64,000 bases of DNA from an uncultured Opitutales bacterium (GCA_964542645.1 CAZIUG010000007.1:73619-137618); one strand, 5' to 3'; numbered from the stretch's first letter, positions 8,201 through 16,700 are shown. A program made the numbers and translations. Notes: generated by a model not told the origin, from the sequence alone.

Positions 8201-10497
8201 GAACCAAACGGTACCATGAAAAGGTAACGACCCATATCGATCAGAGTCAGACAATCAATTTGAGTAAGAAGGAGTCGATTCGTGAGGCTCGCCAGGCTGT
8301 AACCTACGCAACCCTTAACCACCCGGTACTACGCGAATCTATTATGGAAGCCGTTATAGGGATTCTTTGGTATCTCGCCTTGCTCGTTCCCTTTATCTTC
8401 TTCTTCGAAAAACTCATGTTTTGTTTCCCTGATGTCCGTAAGCAAATCATCGCCCAGGCAATCATCTTTCTGGTCGTTTTTGCACTCTTACGAATCCTCC
8501 ATCCAGCTTTCGCAATGGTCCGATCCTCTCTCATGATTCTGCTGGGGTTTATTATCATTCTTATTTCCACGGGAATAACCATTCTCTTCACGGGCAAATA
8601 CAAAGAGAGCTTCAACGAGCTCATGAAAAAAAGAGGGAAAGTTGATGCGGCTGAGGTCAATAAACTAGGAGTCATTGCTTCTGCCTTCATGCTAGGCCTG
8701 AATAACATGAATCGGCGGAAGGCCCGCACCGGACTTACATGTGCCACTCTTTCGATGATTACCTTTGTCATCATTTGCTTTGCTTCCATTCAAGATGACC
8801 TTGTTGAGGATAACTTCGCCACTGGGAAAGCACTTTATAATGGGTTCCTTCTAAAGCAGGAAGAGATGGCTCCCTTCCGCCCCAGTGAGGTCCAGGCAAT
8901 AGAAGAGAAATATGGAGACCGTTACGACGTTTGCCCTCGGTTTATGCTGATCGGGCACGAAGACTACCGACTCCGGCGCCGTAACGCAGATCTCGAAATC
9001 AGTTACAAAAAAGGTCTTCAGTCCCGACAAGTCGAGTTCGATTCAGTCATTCGTCTTAAACACAACGATCCGATGCGAAACCAGATCCGCATCCTGACTG
9101 ATACTGAATGGTTCACGGAGGAGGATGAAATTGGTTCTGCCAATCTTATTCCTGTATTCATTCCGGATGCTATGGCTGAGCGATTAAGCATATCAGTTCA
9201 TCAGGTAAACACCCAAGAGGTGAGAGTCTGGATAAACGGTGAAGAATGTGAAGTCCGGGGTATATTCGATTCTGAAGCGTACAACAATACGACTGATCTC
9301 GACGGCTATCGCGTGCTGCCTTTCGATGTTACTGCTATCGAGGTATTAACCAAAACGGGAGACGGGGTGGTAGCCAGCGAAGACGAACCAAAAATTCCAG
9401 CTGATAAAATTATTCTACTCCCCTACAGCGATCACAGATTTGTCATCAATGAAGGGGCTGAGAGAGTCATCTCGGTAGCCATCTCGATGCCCAAGGCTGG
9501 GCGCAAAGAAGTCAAAACGGTGGTTAACGGATATTTAGAACAAACCACTAAACCCCTTTCCTATGGTCTTGAAGGTGTGGCCTACTGGGCACGTCACACC
9601 CGAGAAGCAAAAATTGGTGATTTTCTCGATCTGGTAATCCCTTTGTTCATTGCTGCCTTTACTGTTCTCAACACCATGCGCGGATCAGTCTATGAGAGAC
9701 GCGATGAGATCTATGTCTACAATTCGGTCGGGATCGCCCCCCGAAATATCTTCTTCATGTTCCTTACTGAAGCTTTCGTTTATGCCGTAGTGGGTTCAGT
9801 GCTGGGATATATTTTAAGTCAGGGCACGGGTCGTATTCTCACGGTACTCGATATGACCGGCGGTCTGAACATGACCTTCACTTCACTTACTACAATATAC
9901 GCTTCCGTAGTTCTCTTTGGTGCCGTCCTGATTTCGACCTACTTCCCTGCCAAATCAGCTATGGAGATCGCTGCACCGGCCGAAGATGCCGGCTGGTCCC
10001 TTCCGGAACCTCAAGGAAATTTTCTGCACTTTCACCTTCCCTTTACTTTCAACCGGCAAGGCCGTGTAGGCATCCTTGCGTTTTTTGATCGGAAACTTCT
10101 CGATCATGGGGAAGGGGGTTCAGGACGGTTTTTCTCTAATCAACCCAAATTCTTCGTCGCACCGGAAGAACATACCCTCGTAGATAAGACCTATGTTCCA
10201 GCAATAAGTGCCACCGTTTGGCTAAAACCATTCGACCAAGCAGTCTCCCAGAACCTCACTATCTCTATGCCACCCGACGAGGAAGCACGAGAATACAAAG
10301 TCCGAATCGAGATTGAACGACTTTCCGGTACCCGGGATTCCTGGCTCCGCCTTAATAGAGACTTTGTCTCACAGATTCGACAACATTTCCTCCACTGGCG
10401 CGCGCTTAGTCCCGAAGATCGGGAAGAGCTCTTCTCTGAAGCTAAAGAGAAACTAGAAGAATCCTTCTCCCATGACCTGACCTCGGCGGTTACGTAG
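5275..10497 (+). CDS. Very large membrane protein (1,740 aa): N-terminal TM anchor, degenerate M28/PA-like ectodomain, three TM helices, MacB/FtsX-type permease module and a C-terminal cytoplasmic domain
   Basis: A single uninterrupted ORF from TTG 5275 to TAG 10497. FtsX-domain signature MRGSVYERRDEIYVYNSVGIAPRNIFFMFLTEAFVYAVVGSVLGYILSQ (aa ~1467-1516). MacB-like first TM NRRKARTGLTCATLSMITFVIICFA (aa ~1146-1170). M28-like blocks RFTGQPGYHQTANYIRTAYEQAGL, NLFGVL, ILFLAPYDAPS and FASMGSSSMGEEGH. The start codon is not certain. Confidence 0.8.
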   Translation: MSDKPPYSHDQTYSGRISAALLGVTLFLVLALVYFHLASPDQIFQRFDPFEDYPTTPMQDAVEVEKVKNEHRAILDLGSRFTGQPGYHQTANYIRTAYEQAGLEIYTQEFQSVAPKTAYREINQVHRNIDGSTWHLEPIDNVSVYPFFPNFLQAVATPPGGMMGEVVLINDETLNTRQNFDGCIGLIDSREENVPQGYGFDWTRYANLGIEALIISHSEGLNNAPWVKFSPSDDTWAMVSSVPINYVRLAATKEIFNYIGEEIHLRVRVDYKRIDDLNLFGVLRSAQPSKEAILFLAPYDAPSIIPDLAPGILPAISPAFQLRLLQGLLPYAETLQRDIIFASMGSSSMGEEGHNNLMRVIGRRNRNFKPDRLLNLGEAVSNRDQLESAELDDGDPRQVLLADNWEENERQGLLVEEILKLLEIENFAKDPESTRQILRELDRTVRKFAEEQFGYVVKTLAFELSEPLMATKLEVEREGGTANVDSEAFHNYLEARKEYNDAYVASGYQMTSMLRNKPETMEQYSIRNRFLHRMEDLKRLHDRRRRELKQEESLLNLFSQYERIGLFSNKLAPAPPQSNEGTEYVSSGSGVANIQSTIHMIPLRLMNRAKRRLEIGVNLEIPPAGERQDQLISRHTGYFVSRNVPKNWGNLGFPTFYIYNLERIKSFSHYASPVDLPFMRDLETLSNTFKIVGETLLSLAHANGSLDPHHISIDQRSREFGGRVLAAEIGQSLIPNYPVKDALVACRSPTNKNLWAFPGHYRHPILMTDDYGRYRVSRTYNVFPVYSSVGRDSGLIAPLAVRIGEDGIISHIKDEGNVTQRSFKSTKVPWWKAQDLTLIIFPAAPITVLDLINPQTLREYAGVKMIRSEGLATPDRFCFFENRGLVATFLEPDQRCFVELQSGAQEHERAKVTRAFLTNVDEMPVSDRQEEIDGEGYLVGDHPFVRNLPAEVAHSMAYVNGRRLDLQNSYGMADERTKRYHEKVTTHIDQSQTINLSKKESIREARQAVTYATLNHPVLRESIMEAVIGILWYLALLVPFIFFFEKLMFCFPDVRKQIIAQAIIFLVVFALLRILHPAFAMVRSSLMILLGFIIILISTGITILFTGKYKESFNELMKKRGKVDAAEVNKLGVIASAFMLGLNNMNRRKARTGLTCATLSMITFVIICFASIQDDLVEDNFATGKALYNGFLLKQEEMAPFRPSEVQAIEEKYGDRYDVCPRFMLIGHEDYRLRRRNADLEISYKKGLQSRQVEFDSVIRLKHNDPMRNQIRILTDTEWFTEEDEIGSANLIPVFIPDAMAERLSISVHQVNTQEVRVWINGEECEVRGIFDSEAYNNTTDLDGYRVLPFDVTAIEVLTKTGDGVVASEDEPKIPADKIILLPYSDHRFVINEGAERVISVAISMPKAGRKEVKTVVNGYLEQTTKPLSYGLEGVAYWARHTREAKIGDFLDLVIPLFIAAFTVLNTMRGSVYERRDEIYVYNSVGIAPRNIFFMFLTEAFVYAVVGSVLGYILSQGTGRILTVLDMTGGLNMTFTSLTTIYASVVLFGAVLISTYFPAKSAMEIAAPAEDAGWSLPEPQGNFLHFHLPFTFNRQGRVGILAFFDRKLLDHGEGGSGRFFSNQPKFFVAPEEHTLVDKTYVPAISATVWLKPFDQAVSQNLTISMPPDEEAREYKVRIEIERLSGTRDSWLRLNRDFVSQIRQHFLHWRALSPEDREELFSEAKEKLEESFSHDLTSAVT

Positions 10498-10505
10498 CGG
10501 ATCCT

Positions 10506-10535
10506 ACTTGAAAGCAGTTCGAAGTCATTTCAAGT
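10506..10535 (+). terminator. Candidate stem-loop 9 nt after the giant ORF
   Basis: Perfect 8-bp inverted repeat ACTTGAAA (10506-10513) / TTTCAAGT (10528-10535) with a 14-nt loop. It is followed only by ATTTC, a weak U tract. Confidence 0.3.
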
Positions 10536-10802
10536 ATTTCAGTAGCCTCATAATATCTTCTTTGAACAACTCCCAGATAGGAAGGGTTCGGAGCTCGATA
10601 TTCATTGGTGGAGCTGCTTCTCCGATCTTGAGCTGGAACCTATGGCAGTTGATGCGACTTATTATTGAACCCGAGCAGGAGTCAGCACATCCAGATTGTC
10701 TCTAATGAGCCCTGGTTTGAAACACAATTCAACAAAGGGCCGAATCATCCATCCTAAGAACGAAGTTAAAAGGTCTTGATGCGAAAGAAGGTCATTCCCA
10801 AA

Positions 10803-12629
10803 TCAATCCACAATAACAAGGAATGGCATCCTAGCATAGATTCCCAAGGGATCGTTAAGGTCCTGGATCACCATCAATCCGGACAAAAGTTTACCAATAC
10901 GATGCGGCACCGTCTTGGAGTTGGATAGAAGAGGCTCCCCATCTCTTCGCCTGATCCAATTCTCCAGGACACCGGAAAAATCCTTGCGCCTAGGAATCTC
11001 TACAAGTTGCCATGAACCAGCAGCTGGGGCACCCAAATGAACGGCCTCATCGATCGCGGCTTCTAGGCCGCCGACTCGGTCGACTAACCCAAGCTTAATC
11101 GCGTCCGCCCCGGTCCAAACGCGCCCTTGTGCGATGGCTTCCACTTCCTCTCGGCGCATGCCTCTACCATTTCCCACTCTCTCTAGGAACCCTTCATAGA
11201 TAGATTCAGTGAATTCGTCGATAACAGCGATTTCCTCTATCGATCTAGCTCGCGTTATATCGAAAATATCGGCGAAGGGAGAAGTCTTCACTCCGTCAAA
11301 AGTGACTCCATGTCGATTCGCAATTTCTGACAGGTTTAGAAACAAACTAAAGACTCCGATCGATCCGGTGATTGTAGAAGGATTAGCAAAAATAATATCA
11401 GCGCTGGTTGATATCCAGTAACCTCCGGAAGCAGCATAGCCGCCCATCGATACTACTATTGGTTTCTCTTTCCCCAAAAGCTGCACTTCACGCTCAATGA
11501 TCTCAGTAGCCAAGGCACTTCCGCCAGGTGAGTTGATTCTCAGAACTACCGCCTTCACTTCCTCATCCTGACGTAACTTTCGAAGTTCTCGCGCTATCCT
11601 ATCACCTCCGAATCTAGCACCATCTCCTTCCCCACTCACAATTTCCCCCTCTATATAGACGACCGCAATTCGATCATTTTGATCAGATTTAGGAGCCAGT
11701 GGAACTCGGCCCTCTTCGATATAATGCGGAAGCCTTACCTGGGCGAAACTCTCGATCGAATCATCGAAAGCTGCGATTTCCCCCATCTCCTCCAAGACAA
11801 CGTCGTAGTAATGAACAGCATCCACTAGCCCCTCTCCCAATGCCTCTTCGGGAAGAAACAATCCCCTCTCACTGGAGAGGCGCCGCAGTTCATCAATAGA
11901 AATTCCACGTTCTTCAGAAATAGCATGAAGAACAAAATCCCAAATACCTTGAATCCATCTTTCGGTCTGTTCTCTGTTTTCTTCACTCATTCCGTCTCGC
12001 GTAAAGGCCTCAGATGCCGATTTAAACCGGCCTGCTTTCGATATCTGAATCCCAATGCCATATTCCTCGAAAGCGTTGCCCAAAAACGCCATCCTCGCGG
12101 AAAGACCGTTCAATTTCAAATATCCAAACGGGTTCATGATGATTTTCTCAGCTGCAGTTGCCAGATAGTAGTCACGAATCGAGGGTTCGATGAGATAGGC
12201 AAGAACGGGTTTCCCCGCCTCGCTAAATTTCTTGATAGCCCTACGAATCTCCGCCAAATTCGGATAATTCGATCCAGATTCGCCAGGATTGCGACTCCCG
12301 AAAAGGAGGAGCCCTGCAATCCGATCGTCCTTCGCTGCTCGCTTAATCCCGTCAAGCGTATCTTTAAGTGTGACCTCCAGAGTCGGTGGCCCTTGCAGCG
12401 ATTCAGCAAAGGAGGCAAACAAGGTCTGAGATCGGGGTGAATCCTTGATATTGACGTTTAGATCGAAGATCAGGATCGATTGATCACGAATTGCGACTCC
12501 TTTGCCATCGATCAGGACACCAAGCACAAGAAAGAGGAATACAAGAAAGAAACAGAAGACAGTATAGGCGAGAAGAAGCGCCCCAACCTGCCTAAGAGTG
12601 GACTTCAAAAATCCTTTCATAAGAAACAA
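10803..12629 (-). CDS. sppA: Signal peptide peptidase SppA, 67K (two-domain) type
   Basis: 608 aa with an N-terminal TM (LLLAYTVFCFFLVFLFLVLGVLI) and two ClpP/crotonase-like repeats. The C-terminal catalytic region reads VSMGGYAASGGYWISTSADIIFANPSTITGSIGV. Confidence 0.9.
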   Translation of the reverse strand: MFLMKGFLKSTLRQVGALLLAYTVFCFFLVFLFLVLGVLIDGKGVAIRDQSILIFDLNVNIKDSPRSQTLFASFAESLQGPPTLEVTLKDTLDGIKRAAKDDRIAGLLLFGSRNPGESGSNYPNLAEIRRAIKKFSEAGKPVLAYLIEPSIRDYYLATAAEKIIMNPFGYLKLNGLSARMAFLGNAFEEYGIGIQISKAGRFKSASEAFTRDGMSEENREQTERWIQGIWDFVLHAISEERGISIDELRRLSSERGLFLPEEALGEGLVDAVHYYDVVLEEMGEIAAFDDSIESFAQVRLPHYIEEGRVPLAPKSDQNDRIAVVYIEGEIVSGEGDGARFGGDRIARELRKLRQDEEVKAVVLRINSPGGSALATEIIEREVQLLGKEKPIVVSMGGYAASGGYWISTSADIIFANPSTITGSIGVFSLFLNLSEIANRHGVTFDGVKTSPFADIFDITRARSIEEIAVIDEFTESIYEGFLERVGNGRGMRREEVEAIAQGRVWTGADAIKLGLVDRVGGLEAAIDEAVHLGAPAAGSWQLVEIPRRKDFSGVLENWIRRRDGEPLLSNSKTVPHRIGKLLSGLMVIQDLNDPLGIYARMPFLVIVD

Positions 12630-12758
12630 CGTATCTACCAGATTCTTTCCCTTTCTGCCATAATTTTTAGATTAACATCATGCGAAATACCTAAAATCCA
12701 TTCTCTCGGTATTCGAAGCTTGCAGATTACAGAAGGAGAGATTTCCTTTTGATCGGAG

Positions 12759-13469
12759 ATGAACAAGAATATTATTCTGATTTTGATTCTGGTCGTTCTT
12801 CTTGGGGGCAGCTGGATACTCTACGTAAAGCAGGCCGGCATGCATCAAGAGGCGATCGAGAAGGAGAGAGCTCAATCCAAAGAATGGGAACGGAATCTGG
12901 AACAGGCTGAAAGCGAGAACGCCCAATTAAGAAAACAGGCAGAACGGACTGCTCAAGAGGAGGCAAAAGCTAGAAAACAGGCAGAGGAAGCAGAACGGAT
13001 GGCCAAACTCAAAGCTGAGGAAGAACATTGGGAAAGGGAACAGCGAGTTGCGGAGTTGAATGAACGGCTTATCCAGGAAGCAGACGAACGCCGGCTGGCC
13101 GAAGCCGCATTGAGGGATCTGGCGAATCGAATGAAAAAACTGTCTAGCTCTTACGCTGAAGCTCAGGCAAAACTCGAAGAACTGGAAAAAGCGCGAGCCA
13201 ACATCGGATCGAATATCGAAAAAATCGATGAGTTGGAAAATCTGAAAGGTGTTTTGGCAAAGAAGGATGAAGAATTGGCCAACATGAAGCGAAAGCAAGA
13301 GGACCTCCAACTACAGTACGAGGAAGCGCTGGAACGGCAAATCGCGACTGGAGAGGAGATTATTCGTGAAAGCAGCAAAAGTGATAAGCCAGGCGATTTG
13401 CTAACTCTAATCGGAGCCCTCCTAGAGGCATTGGGGCTAAAGCCTTCCAAAGCCAAGGTGGAACCGTGA
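12759..13469 (+). CDS. TM-anchored K/E/A-rich coiled-coil protein, function unknown
   Basis: N-terminal hydrophobic helix NIILILILVVLLGGSWILY, then ~190 aa of heptad-like charged sequence (RKQAERTAQEEAKARKQAEEAERMAKLKAEEE...). It is divergent from sppA across a 129-nt gap. Confidence 0.6.
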   Translation: MNKNIILILILVVLLGGSWILYVKQAGMHQEAIEKERAQSKEWERNLEQAESENAQLRKQAERTAQEEAKARKQAEEAERMAKLKAEEEHWEREQRVAELNERLIQEADERRLAEAALRDLANRMKKLSSSYAEAQAKLEELEKARANIGSNIEKIDELENLKGVLAKKDEELANMKRKQEDLQLQYEEALERQIATGEEIIRESSKSDKPGDLLTLIGALLEALGLKPSKAKVEP

Positions 13470-13771
13470 CCTTTTTAAAGCCCTTATTCTAGTTTTCGTC
13501 ATTGCCTTTATCGATACGGGCACCCGTATAAAAGAAGCACTCGTACTTCTCAGCCGCACAGACAGATCAGTAGTTAGACCTCCCCTGAAAAGGATTAGGG
13601 ATGGAGAGAGGCAAGGTATTTGTAATGCTCTCGTGGAATCCGGGCTCCTATAGTCTGGCAGGACAAAGTTAGAGGAAAGAGCCATGAAAGAAAGGTTAAA
13701 TAGTAAAGCTACAAGCCTTCCTTAACTGCGAATCGTCTGGCTTCTACTCGATTAGCTATTTCGGTTTAGTC

Positions 13772-13834
13772 TTCGAATGCGGAAATACAAAATACGTTAG
13801 TATTTTTCCCTAACATGAAATTATTTCCTTCGAA
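13772..13834 (-). terminator. Long imperfect hairpin immediately after the ABC-class ATPase gene
   Basis: TTCGAA (13772-77) + GGAAATA (13781-87) pair with TATTTCC (13822-28) + TTCGAA (13829-34). That gives 13 bp with a 3-nt bulge. A nested AAAATAC-GTTA-GTATTTT hairpin sits at 13789-13806. The structure starts 3 nt after the stop codon (13837-39) in an AT-rich context. Confidence 0.35.
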
Positions 13835-13836
13835 TT

Positions 13837-15612
13837 TTATTGTTGCTTCACCAATAAGGTCCGCAGCCTATTTAGTGCTGCCGCAATCTCATGGCGTCGT
13901 GGCCGCGCGAAGTTTCCGGGATGAGAGAAATCTCGTTCAGATCTTTGACTTCGACCTTCCCTAAGGGCATCTAGTCCTTCACATTCAAGCAATTCATCAA
14001 CTCTGTCGAGAACCTCACTCAATGTCGCGTTGCGATTCATGAAGCGCTGAGAGGCAAGGTAAAGAGCATAGCCTATAGCCCTTGTCTGGCTACAGTCCAC
14101 TAACTGCTCGACGCAACGAAGATCAATGGTTGTTTCACCGTAATTAATCACGTCTATCTTAGAAGCATTGATCTTCACCGGCCACCGACCTCGCGCTGGG
14201 TTGAGGGAGTGAGCCAACGGGACACGCTGGACAACTTGAGGGAAAGGTGCCTTTGTCTCAACAGCCCGAAAATTAGGCATCTCCAGGGCAACCTTTTTGG
14301 CCTCAACAGTGCTATCGATGGCTCGATATTCTCGTATCGTGATAATGGTGTCGGCAATATCAAAGTAGTCGCCCGAACCTCCGATCACTAACACAGTAGA
14401 TACTTCCGCTTCTTCATAAATCCCTCGAATCCGGTCCGTTAGAGGTGTAATAGGTTCGCTCGACTTCTTCACCAGTGCCTGCATTCGGGCATCACGCATC
14501 ATCAGATTGGTTGCCGAGGTATCCTCATCCATCAAGAGAACTCTGGCCCCCACCTCGATCGCCTCCAATATTGCTGCTGCCTGACTCGTACTACCCGAGG
14601 CTTCCTCTGTGGAGAATGCCTCTGTAGACTGCCCATTCGGTAATCCACCGATAAATGGCGATACGTCCACCTTTTCAACTCTCCTGCGATCCTCAGCCCG
14701 AATCTTAATTGCATCCGGATGAGTGACAACGTACTCCCGTCCATCACCCGGGATGTGTGCATAGACTCCACGTTCCAGTGCTCTCAATAAAGTTGATTTC
14801 CCATGATACCCCCCTCCAACTATCAGAGTCACTCCTCGAGGAATTCCCATGCCTGAAATGGTTTTTATCCCATTGTCGAAGGCCCCAATGGGATTAGGTA
14901 AATTCAAGGTCACGCGAAGAGAATCCGGCGATCTGAAGAGGACGACTTCTTCTCTCCCCATCGGTCGATCGCTCACCCCACTTTGCCGCGGGAGAATCGA
15001 ACCTTCACCTACAAATGCAACCAGTCGTCGCTCCTCCAATTGCTGTCGAAGTGCCTCTTGATTCTCGACGCATAGGACAAAGTTTCGACCTTGAGAATCG
15101 ACCGATGGGGTCCAAGTCAGCGCCTTCTCCCCTAAGGCAGGCAAAATATTGCAGAGCATCTCTTCTGCCTTACGCCCCAGAACTCGTCGCCCAGCCGCAG
15201 GCAGACCGATCTCCATTCGAACCTCTACCCACAATCTAGTGACCACTGCAGCTGTCCGCTCAAGCACTTCCTGCCTTCCACTATCAATGGAAAAAAGACC
15301 ACTTTTCCCCGTTCCCCGTCGCTCAGGTCTCGCCCATCGGATCGTCTCATCCATGCGGCGTGCAAGGAAATCTTCCAGTGCAGTACGGCGTATTTTAGAT
15401 TCCCACAGGTCTTCCGGAATCTGCGACTGCTCTTGGTTCAACCGAAATCTGACCTTTGATGGAGCTGCAAATGGATCAGCCTGCACATGATCGATGAAAA
15501 TCCAGCCTGCCCCAACCCGGTACATCCCAGTAATATCCCGGTAAGCTTTATAACTCCTGCCATCGATCCGGCGCAAAGTCCCCACGAGTTCTGATAATTC
15601 GTTCATAAACAT
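13837..15612 (-). CDS. Predicted ATPase of the ABC class (COG3044 / ABC_ATPase-like), not a transporter subunit
   Basis: 591 aa. Walker A is GGGYHGKSTLL and Walker B is VLLMDEDTSATN. A long N-terminal non-NBD region (RIDGRSYKAYRDITG...) is as I recall for this family. There is no TM domain or permease neighbour. Confidence 0.78.
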   Translation of the reverse strand: MFMNELSELVGTLRRIDGRSYKAYRDITGMYRVGAGWIFIDHVQADPFAAPSKVRFRLNQEQSQIPEDLWESKIRRTALEDFLARRMDETIRWARPERRGTGKSGLFSIDSGRQEVLERTAAVVTRLWVEVRMEIGLPAAGRRVLGRKAEEMLCNILPALGEKALTWTPSVDSQGRNFVLCVENQEALRQQLEERRLVAFVGEGSILPRQSGVSDRPMGREEVVLFRSPDSLRVTLNLPNPIGAFDNGIKTISGMGIPRGVTLIVGGGYHGKSTLLRALERGVYAHIPGDGREYVVTHPDAIKIRAEDRRRVEKVDVSPFIGGLPNGQSTEAFSTEEASGSTSQAAAILEAIEVGARVLLMDEDTSATNLMMRDARMQALVKKSSEPITPLTDRIRGIYEEAEVSTVLVIGGSGDYFDIADTIITIREYRAIDSTVEAKKVALEMPNFRAVETKAPFPQVVQRVPLAHSLNPARGRWPVKINASKIDVINYGETTIDLRCVEQLVDCSQTRAIGYALYLASQRFMNRNATLSEVLDRVDELLECEGLDALREGRSQRSERDFSHPGNFARPRRHEIAAALNRLRTLLVKQQ

Positions 15613-15620
15613 CGAAAGAA

Positions 15621-16364
15621 TTATGAATGACCTGGTTTCTGGACAATCCAGAATCTGCAGTCGTCGGAAAATTCTCGAACTGCCGAAGACTCGTTTGCGA
15701 TCTGTGATCGTCGAAAGTCAGCTTCGATCTTGAACCCTCTGGCTTTCAGGTCTTGCCTAATCTCTTCAGTACTGGGCACATGGATAAAAAGATTCCCCAG
15801 CGGTGTAGATTCGAATCGATCACCAAAATCATCCAGTTCCTTCTTCTGTTTTCCACTTCTCCACATCATTTTCTCCCGGCGCCAGAATTTACGGAAATTC
15901 GCTGTCGCACGATCGTGGGTTGTGAATACAAACATCCCGCCATGGCGCAGAATACGAAACACTTCACCAATGGCCTGCCGTCGCCCCTCCCTTCGTGGGA
16001 TGTGCATAAGACCGTTAAATCCAAAGATCACTCCATCAAGTTCTAAATTAGATAATTTTAGTTGGGTCGCATCTCCAACCCGGAAAGGGACTTGAAGGCA
16101 ACGAGCACGGGCAACTCGGCGGGCTTCCGCTATCATCGCTTTTGAATAGTCGATTCCAATGATATCTTTGTAGCCCTCGGCGCAAAGGGCGAGAGCGATA
16201 CGTCCTGCCCCGCATCCCAGGTCGAGCAGGCGATCAGTATGATTGAAAAGTTTGTGGAAGACCCTCTTTTCTGAGGTCCACAATCCAAGGCTATTTGCTG
16301 CCCTTGCGTAGAGATCCACTACCTCTCCACTACTGAAATACTTTCTGACCGTATCCAAATCCAC
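15621..16364 (-). CDS. Class I SAM-dependent methyltransferase
   Basis: Motif I is LLDLGCGAGRIALAL, followed by IGIDYS and VIFGFNGLMHIP (motifs II-IV). It has a GTG start and ends 8 nt upstream of the ABC-class ATPase gene. Confidence 0.85.
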   Translation of the reverse strand: MDLDTVRKYFSSGEVVDLYARAANSLGLWTSEKRVFHKLFNHTDRLLDLGCGAGRIALALCAEGYKDIIGIDYSKAMIAEARRVARARCLQVPFRVGDATQLKLSNLELDGVIFGFNGLMHIPRREGRRQAIGEVFRILRHGGMFVFTTHDRATANFRKFWRREKMMWRSGKQKKELDDFGDRFESTPLGNLFIHVPSTEEIRQDLKARGFKIEADFRRSQIANESSAVREFSDDCRFWIVQKPGHS

Positions 16365-16539
16365 AAATAGGAAATCTCCGCAAAGCGATGATATTCGTAT
16401 ATCAAATCATCCTGATCGCAACACAGTACATTCCACCGCGTAGTAAGGCAAGTAACACTACTCTTGAGGGTGGTCGCAACAGGAACATCTCAAATACGTC
16501 CTGTTAGAACGCACGCAAAACCAATCTTAAGCCGTTGAT

Positions 16540-16569
16540 TTGATTGTCAAACTAAGCACTCTCTATATA
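16540..16569 (+). promoter_or_regulatory. Candidate sigma70-type promoter for rplU-rpmA
   Basis: TTGATT (16540-45), an 18-nt spacer, then TATATA (16564-69), about 130 nt upstream of the rplU start. This is a pattern match only. Confidence 0.25.
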
Positions 16570-16700
16570 TCCGTAAGATCTTCAAGAAGATTTCAGCAAT
16601 CGTCACATAAACTCATCCACTAAGAACTAGGCCTCATCGCCATCATCCTTTTGGTATTGCTTTTTCGTGCTTCGACGATTTATCTGGGCGGCTTTTCCTA

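Noticed and set aside
7629-8789. Antisense ORFs of 127 aa and 161 aa (7629-8012 and 8304-8789, minus strand) inside the giant gene
   Set aside because: They lie fully within a plus-strand frame that carries recognisable TM and FtsX features. Their translations are Ser/Arg/Pro-rich, as is typical of antisense frames. They have no motifs.
11925-12440. 171-aa plus-strand ORF antisense to sppA
   Set aside because: It lies entirely inside the well-supported SppA coding frame. The translated sequence is Arg/Ser/Pro-rich with no motifs.
12772-13456. Three minus-strand ORFs (64-127 aa) opposite the coiled-coil gene
   Set aside because: They are mirror images of the low-complexity GAA/AAG-rich coding sequence, giving Phe/Ser/Leu-rich translations. 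This is a compositional artefact. The plus-strand frame has a TM anchor and coiled-coil periodicity.
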